Shown here: positions 58,509 to 64,000 of the stretch, piece by piece
Position numbering within the stretch: position 1 is the stretch's first letter
Layout: each line of letters starts with the position of its first letter
Source: Rikenellaceae bacterium
Lineage (GTDB): Bacteria; Bacteroidota; Bacteroidia; Bacteroidales; Rikenellaceae
Direction: 5' to 3'
DNA length: 64,000 nucleotides
Assembly: GCA_015059865.1 (NCBI GenBank)
Contig: SUZP01000004.1
Span: forward strand, 2,300 to 66,299
Position numbers and translations under genes: made by a program
Notes under the pieces: model-generated
Databases searched by the model: none
The model's input: only the letters and a program-made list of their open reading frames with translations
What the model was told of the DNA's origin: nothing

Positions 58509-60548
58509 TTAGAAATAACCTACTGTCAAATCCTTGATATCAGCCTTATCCTGTACAGCCCACATTGCACGGCGTGCAGCCTGAGCCTCAGCATCTGCCT
58601 GAGCCTTTACGCGCTCGGTCTCTACGGTCTGAGTATTCTCAACTGCAACATCGCTTACAACTACTGCATAGACACCGCTATTACCCTCAACAAGTGGAAG
58701 AAGTGTGCCCTTAGTCTCAGGAGTTACAACTGCCATTGCTCCGAGTACACGAGGCTCAACGCCCAAGCCCTTAACATAGTATGCCGAAGACTTTGCATCC
58801 GAGAACTTCTCAACCTTAGAGCCTGCATTTGCAGCAATCTCCTCCAAGGTTGCTCCCTGCATCTTCTCCTTCAACATTGCAGCCTTCTTCTGGCGGAGCA
58901 ATGTATTTTTAATCTGAGCCGACACCTTATCGAGCGACTTATACTCTGCTTCGTCGATATCTCTAACCACTGCTACAACATAGCTACCGTCCAACTTGAT
59001 GATATCCGAAACATCGCCAACCTTTGCATCGTTAGCCCAACGAACAACCTCCAACGAATTTGGTAAGCCCGGAACATTGCGGCTATCGAAATTCACATTC
59101 ATAGTCGAGGTGAGCATCGACTGAGCATTAGCAGCCTCGTTAAACTTCTCGACCGAGCCCTTGGCGTTTACTGCAAAGAGGCTTGCCTCCTTGTGTACAG
59201 CACGCTGAGTATTCTGCGAAGCCTCGATAGGGAACGAGAGGGTTGCAAGGCGGTAGTGACGAGTTACGCTACCTGTGCCAAGCACCTTGAAGATTTGGAT
59301 TGCATTGCCGAAGTTCACCTTCACAACACTACCCTTCTTTGCGCCCTTCAAAGCGTCTGCAAACTCAGGAGCGAGTGTCGAATATGCAACATTACCGATA
59401 ACGCCACCATCAGCAGCTGTATCTGCAACAGAGTACTGAGCTGCCAAAGCTGCAAAGTCTGCACCCTTCTTGCTTGCTACATTGTAGAGACTGTCTGCCA
59501 ATTTGGTATCCATATAGGAGATAACGATGTGCTGCAACTCCAACGAGTCAGGCACATTGCGCACCTCTGCTACACGCGAAGCATACCACTCATCACCCTG
59601 CAACTCAGGACCAAACACCTTGCCCGCACGAAGAGCCTTAGCCTCGTCATCATCGAGCGATGTAGCCGAAACATAGGTGTTTGAGAGCGTTGCGTGAGCC
59701 TCCTCACGAACATACGACTTCAAATCCTTAGCAGCAGCAAGAGCCTTGCCTGCGCTCTTAGCCTCAGCCTCGATAGCCTTCTTGTCTGCATCGGTAGCCT
59801 CAATCTCGAAGAGAGCGTAGTCGATAGTACGATAAGGCGACTGCTTGTACTGCGACTTGTGAGCCTTGTAGTACCTCTTAATCTCGCTATTCGAAACTGT
59901 AACCAACGAATCTGCGATGGTTGAATATTTGCAAGCCACAAACTCGCCGTTGTAGGTGTTGTTCTCTGCAACAATACCCTTATCGAGCATAAGAGCATTT
60001 GCATAAGCACCACCACGCACCAAGTCCATATACTTGCCCATTGTGCGCTCGATACGAGCCTGCTTGTCGATAAGAGTCCATACGCGCTGCATCTCGGCAT
60101 TGCCCTCAGCCTGAGCGAGGAAGCCCGTCACAGCATTTACATCGTAAAGACCTGTGCGAGGGTCAGCAAACACGCTACCAAAGACACCCGACTCAATCTC
60201 GCCCTGCAACATAGCCTTACGCTCGGCAGGTGTTACAACCAAACCAAGGCTCTCATATCCCGGAACTAATACGCGGTCAGTCAAGATAGACTGCCAAGTC
60301 ATTCCGATAGCCTGCTCAGCCTGATTGTAATCGAAGTTGTCGCCACCCATCTGGGTTTTAACATCCTCGTATGCAGCGAGGAACTCCGAATAGTGAATCT
60401 CTTCTCCTTCAACTTCACCAACCTCTGGGTCATTGCCAGAAAATCCCATCTCGGTCTTCAACGAGAGGATAAACGCCAAAAGCGCACCACCGATAACAAT
60501 CGACAGCAATACGCCAAATTGGGTTCTTAAAGTGTTCAAACTCAACAT
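58509..60548 (-). CDS. PpiD/SurA-like peptidyl-prolyl isomerase
   Basis: N-terminal TM (LLAFIL), SurA-N-like region, rotamase-like HI...F..LA..YS.D...GG. Confidence 0.85.
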   Translation of the reverse strand: MLSLNTLRTQFGVLLSIVIGGALLAFILSLKTEMGFSGNDPEVGEVEGEEIHYSEFLAAYEDVKTQMGGDNFDYNQAEQAIGMTWQSILTDRVLVPGYESLGLVVTPAERKAMLQGEIESGVFGSVFADPRTGLYDVNAVTGFLAQAEGNAEMQRVWTLIDKQARIERTMGKYMDLVRGGAYANALMLDKGIVAENNTYNGEFVACKYSTIADSLVTVSNSEIKRYYKAHKSQYKQSPYRTIDYALFEIEATDADKKAIEAEAKSAGKALAAAKDLKSYVREEAHATLSNTYVSATSLDDDEAKALRAGKVFGPELQGDEWYASRVAEVRNVPDSLELQHIVISYMDTKLADSLYNVASKKGADFAALAAQYSVADTAADGGVIGNVAYSTLAPEFADALKGAKKGSVVKVNFGNAIQIFKVLGTGSVTRHYRLATLSFPIEASQNTQRAVHKEASLFAVNAKGSVEKFNEAANAQSMLTSTMNVNFDSRNVPGLPNSLEVVRWANDAKVGDVSDIIKLDGSYVVAVVRDIDEAEYKSLDKVSAQIKNTLLRQKKAAMLKEKMQGATLEEIAANAGSKVEKFSDAKSSAYYVKGLGVEPRVLGAMAVVTPETKGTLLPLVEGNSGVYAVVVSDVAVENTQTVETERVKAQADAEAQAARRAMWAVQDKADIKDLTVGYF

Positions 60549-60648
60549 AGTAAATAATATTTTAATTTAAATTTTGTCGTTTAACCTTCAAAGGTACGGA
60601 TTTTATTCTAAATTCTACTCTTTTTTCTCTATTTTTTTGCCCAAATGG

Positions 60649-61929
60649 CTATTTTTTATCGATAACCTCCACTCGTGCAAGTTCAATACGAGAGCGCGTG
60701 GTACTCAACACCTTGATGCGCAAGCCGTCAAACTCCATCACCGTACCCGCCGTTGGGAGCTCCTCGTAGCGCGAGATTATATAGCCTGCAAGTGTGTCAT
60801 ATTCATCGCTCTCAGGGATGTCGAGTGCATATTTCTCGTTCAGATACTCCACCTCCAAGCGGCACGAAAAGACAAACTCCCTCTCCGAAACTCGCTTCTC
60901 GACCATATCCTGCTTGTCGTGTTCATCTTCGATATCTCCAAATATCTGCTCCAACACATCCTCCAACGAGATAATGCCCGCCGTACCGCCAAACTCATCT
61001 AACACCACCGCGATACTGCTCTTGTTTTTGGTAAATTGCGTGAGTAAATCCTGCAACGGAAGTGTCTCAGCAACATAATCGACCTTAATCAACGCCTCCT
61101 CGATACTCTTTGGGCTCTCGAATAGGCTCTTCGAATTGACATAGCCGATGATGTTATCTATCGTGTCGCGCCAGACAAAGATACGCGAGTACATCGTCTC
61201 GACAAACCTTTTGGTCAGCTCCTCCATCGTGCAGTCGTCGATATCCACAGCCTCAACATCCACACGCGACACCATAGCATCACGCACCCTCAAATCGGCA
61301 AAGTCCAACGCATTTTGGAACATCTTAATATCGTTGTCCGCCTCCGAAGCCGACTCTGCCGAGTTGTTGTTTTCGAGCAGACTCTCCAAGTCGCTACGGT
61401 CAAACTCTATCTGTCGCTCGGTGGCAGTTGCCTTGCGGCCTACAAGGCGCAACAACCCATACGATAGCATTGTCGTTGCGCGCGTAATAGGATATAATAG
61501 TATGTAGAAGAGATACATCACTGGCGAGAGGTAGCGATAGAAGAAGTTTGGATTGCCTCCAAACACCGACTTCGGCAGATACTCACCAAGGAAGATAATA
61601 ATAACCGTAGGTATTATTGTTTCGAGGAGCAGCGAGCCCTCCTCCATCGATGTCCATCCGAGTAGCTGTGCTATTCGGCGCAGCACCAACGACAAGCCCA
61701 TCGAATAGAGCACCAACGCAATATTATTTCCGACAAGGATTGTGGTGATATACTGCCCCTGATGACGCGAAAAGAGTCCTGCTATATAGTCAAACATACG
61801 GCTCTGGCGGCGGTCGATTTCAAGACGCAGACGATTTTTGTTCAAGAATGCGCTCTCCATTCCCGAAAAGAATGCCGACAGTATCAGCATCAACACAACA
61901 ACCACTATTGCCACATGTATATTATCCAT
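60649..61929 (-). CDS. CNNM/CBS/CorC (hemolysin family) membrane protein
   Basis: SAFFSG.E, TILVGNN, GEYLPK, DEFGGT.G...LED..E.IFGDI.DEHD and TLAG motifs. Confidence 0.92.
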   Translation of the reverse strand: MDNIHVAIVVVVLMLILSAFFSGMESAFLNKNRLRLEIDRRQSRMFDYIAGLFSRHQGQYITTILVGNNIALVLYSMGLSLVLRRIAQLLGWTSMEEGSLLLETIIPTVIIIFLGEYLPKSVFGGNPNFFYRYLSPVMYLFYILLYPITRATTMLSYGLLRLVGRKATATERQIEFDRSDLESLLENNNSAESASEADNDIKMFQNALDFADLRVRDAMVSRVDVEAVDIDDCTMEELTKRFVETMYSRIFVWRDTIDNIIGYVNSKSLFESPKSIEEALIKVDYVAETLPLQDLLTQFTKNKSSIAVVLDEFGGTAGIISLEDVLEQIFGDIEDEHDKQDMVEKRVSEREFVFSCRLEVEYLNEKYALDIPESDEYDTLAGYIISRYEELPTAGTVMEFDGLRIKVLSTTRSRIELARVEVIDKK

Positions 61930-61936
61930 CTTGCAA

Positions 61937-62863
61937 CTACTTTTTCAAACTATTTGAAGGTGCAACCTTTTGAGGAGTATTCACCTCCACTCCACCACTC
62001 TCTAACTTTTGCCTCGACATCGGCTTACCTTGCACAGCTCTTCCGGACATAGGCGCACTCAGCATCTCGCGACCACCCATAATGGCTCTCTCTTCAAGTT
62101 TTACCCCTTCCGAATGAGGTTGATTTCTCTTCTCAGGTTGAGGTCGTGGCGAAGGCTGAGGCTTCGAGCGCCTTGGCGTACGAGGTTTTGTCGCTGTTCG
62201 ACTCTTCGTGCGCGACTCTTTCTGTTCTACCTTAGGCTCACTCTTCGCTCCATCCGAGCTGCTCTTCTTCGTGTCGTTGTTGTTATTATTATTGCGCAGC
62301 TGCTCGGTATCGACCTGCATCTTACCCTTCCAACGGCGGAAGCGAGGCTCAGTCATCTCCTCGTCAGACTCGAAACCTTCGCCAATAACCTCGTCGGTAT
62401 CGGTCACAAGACGAGTATCCACATTGGAGTAGATGCGCTTGGTTATCGAGTTCCAAAATATCTGCTGCGTATATAGGCGCGTGCCATCGTGCTTGGTTAT
62501 TACGACATCGCCCTTCGCCTCCCACAACTTACGATTTTCGTAGTATATGGCGTAGTTGGCCACCAATACCGAGTTTACCGTCGTTAGCGAATCGTCTTGG
62601 TAGGTCGTAATCGAGATGCCCTTACGGAACTCTCGGTAGGGGTCACGACCAAGCATATAACCTTCAAGCAGAGGTGTTGTAAATAGGTAGGATTTACGCC
62701 CATTCTCCGACATTATGATAGTGAGATTTTCGCTCTCCTCGGTTTTGATAGCATCGAGCGACTCCTCCGTAGCTGTCGGCTTAGACTTGCACGAGAATAG
62801 CAAGATAGCACTTCCCACTACAAGAAGTGCTACCAAAAATATTCTCTGAAATCTACCCATCAT
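61937..62863 (-). CDS. lptC: LPS export protein LptC with low-complexity C-terminal tail
   Basis: Lipobox LFSC; A.YAIY, LWEAKG.V, L.T..IFW and G.GFESD motifs. Confidence 0.8.
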   Translation of the reverse strand: MMGRFQRIFLVALLVVGSAILLFSCKSKPTATEESLDAIKTEESENLTIIMSENGRKSYLFTTPLLEGYMLGRDPYREFRKGISITTYQDDSLTTVNSVLVANYAIYYENRKLWEAKGDVVITKHDGTRLYTQQIFWNSITKRIYSNVDTRLVTDTDEVIGEGFESDEEMTEPRFRRWKGKMQVDTEQLRNNNNNNDTKKSSSDGAKSEPKVEQKESRTKSRTATKPRTPRRSKPQPSPRPQPEKRNQPHSEGVKLEERAIMGGREMLSAPMSGRAVQGKPMSRQKLESGGVEVNTPQKVAPSNSLKK

Positions 62864-62888
62864 ACTCTAACTCCGCAACTACACACAC

Positions 62889-64000
62889 TTACTGTGCACG
62901 ATAGCGTACCTTTGTCGATAAGCCCTTTGCTAAACCGCAGTTGATGGTATAGGTTGCACCCTCCTTCAACTCCGCGAAGAAGCACTCCTCGGCAGTTGGG
63001 AATACCGAACGATAGCTGTTTGCGAGATTTTTCGCATTCGTAGCAACCGCCGCATCGGTAACCTCCAACAGAGGAATAGCCTTCTGCAAAATATCGTATG
63101 CCACCCAATATACAGAGTGTTTTGCCAACTCCGAACCACAATCCTTCGAGCCAGCTACATAGCACTGCGCCAAGAAGTAGAGAGCCAAGCCATCGTCATC
63201 ACCCTCGTCGATATTGATAGACTCGTTGAAGGCCTTTACGGCTGCGGCGTAGTTGTTTGCTGTCATTTCGAGAATACCGATACGCACCAACAACTTCTCG
63301 CGCTCCTCGGCAACACTCTCCTTGGTCAAAGCCTCACGCAAGTAGTGATTTGCCTTCGCAAACTCCTTCTTATTTTGGTATACCTGCGCAAGTATCATAG
63401 CGATGCTCGACTCAGGCTTCACACCATAGTACATCTCTCCAACCGAGAGGAAGAAGTCGCTCTCGCAGTTAGCCTTAGCCATAAGCTGGAAGGCCTGTGC
63501 AAGGAGAGCCTCATCGTTAGGCGCAGCTGCTACCTTAGGCTCGAAAATCTTCTGCAAGTTCTCGCACGAAGCGGCACCACTTGCACCAAAGCAGGTCTCA
63601 AACTGGTTCTTAAACTCCTTCTGCGACTCGTCGATATTTGCGAAATGTTTTGCATTGGCATCGTAGGCATTCACGATAGTCATTGCATCGACAATATCGT
63701 TTGTGTAGTCATCGCACAAATTTTTGAAGTAGATAGCCACCAACTCAGGGTCAGCTGCACCATTCACCTCTACTTGTGCTGCAATAGCGGTCTCGAAATC
63801 TTTGCGGATACCCTCGCGGTCGCCCTCACGATAGGTCAAGTGCTCACGAGCCTTGCGGTCGAGGATATAGGCCTTACCACGCTTTGGATGCGCACCGAAG
63901 TACTGCAAGCGAATATCGTAGAGAAGAAGCAACGAGTCTACATATACATTCTTCTCAGCCAACGACTTCGCGCGATTAACCTTCTGCTTGTAGAGAGTTA
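62889..64000 (-). CDS. TPR-like helical protein, 5' end beyond the window
   Basis: Frame is open to the window edge; alanine-rich helical repeats; YWVAYD, FPT.E..F and I.C C-terminal motifs. Confidence 0.75.
   Translation of the reverse strand, partial: TLYKQKVNRAKSLAEKNVYVDSLLLLYDIRLQYFGAHPKRGKAYILDRKAREHLTYREGDREGIRKDFETAIAAQVEVNGAADPELVAIYFKNLCDDYTNDIVDAMTIVNAYDANAKHFANIDESQKEFKNQFETCFGASGAASCENLQKIFEPKVAAAPNDEALLAQAFQLMAKANCESDFFLSVGEMYYGVKPESSIAMILAQVYQNKKEFAKANHYLREALTKESVAEEREKLLVRIGILEMTANNYAAAVKAFNESINIDEGDDDGLALYFLAQCYVAGSKDCGSELAKHSVYWVAYDILQKAIPLLEVTDAAVATNAKNLANSYRSVFPTAEECFFAELKEGATYTINCGLAKGLSTKVRYRAQ

Overview
A 64-kb chromosomal segment from a Bacteroidota organism. Gene content, TAnnTTTG promoters and protein style point to an Alistipes-like Rikenellaceae, though this taxonomy is inferred. 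It is mostly housekeeping genes: cca, pdxJ, nadK, uppS-bamA-skp-skp, xpt, ispF, pepD, mscS, frameshifted prfB, dnaG, groES/EL, recJ-lipB-lipA, tRNA-Thr(GGT), rplS, tatAC, recQ, lptB-aroA-aroC-prmC-recX, trkA, a PpiD/SurA-like PPIase and lptC. There is also a PadR/PspC envelope-stress operon and four stand-alone secreted enzymes (M14 peptidase, NamZ-like, GH50-like, heparinase II/III-like). No integrase, transposase, cas or phage gene was recognised. The unusual signal is intergenic. (1) An array downstream of tRNA-Thr in which copies of the tRNA 3' end separate about 200-bp units that differ in sequence but share a multi-hairpin architecture. (2) Two long palindromic elements sharing a CATA...TATGT core, each overlapping a stop codon. 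(3) Two dispersed heptamer-repeat families with non-random orientation and conserved tails. (4) A micro-array of G-rich repeats with hairpin spacers. (5) An unannotated two-small-ORF unit with its own promoter and operator-like palindrome. All product calls come from motif recognition, not database searches.
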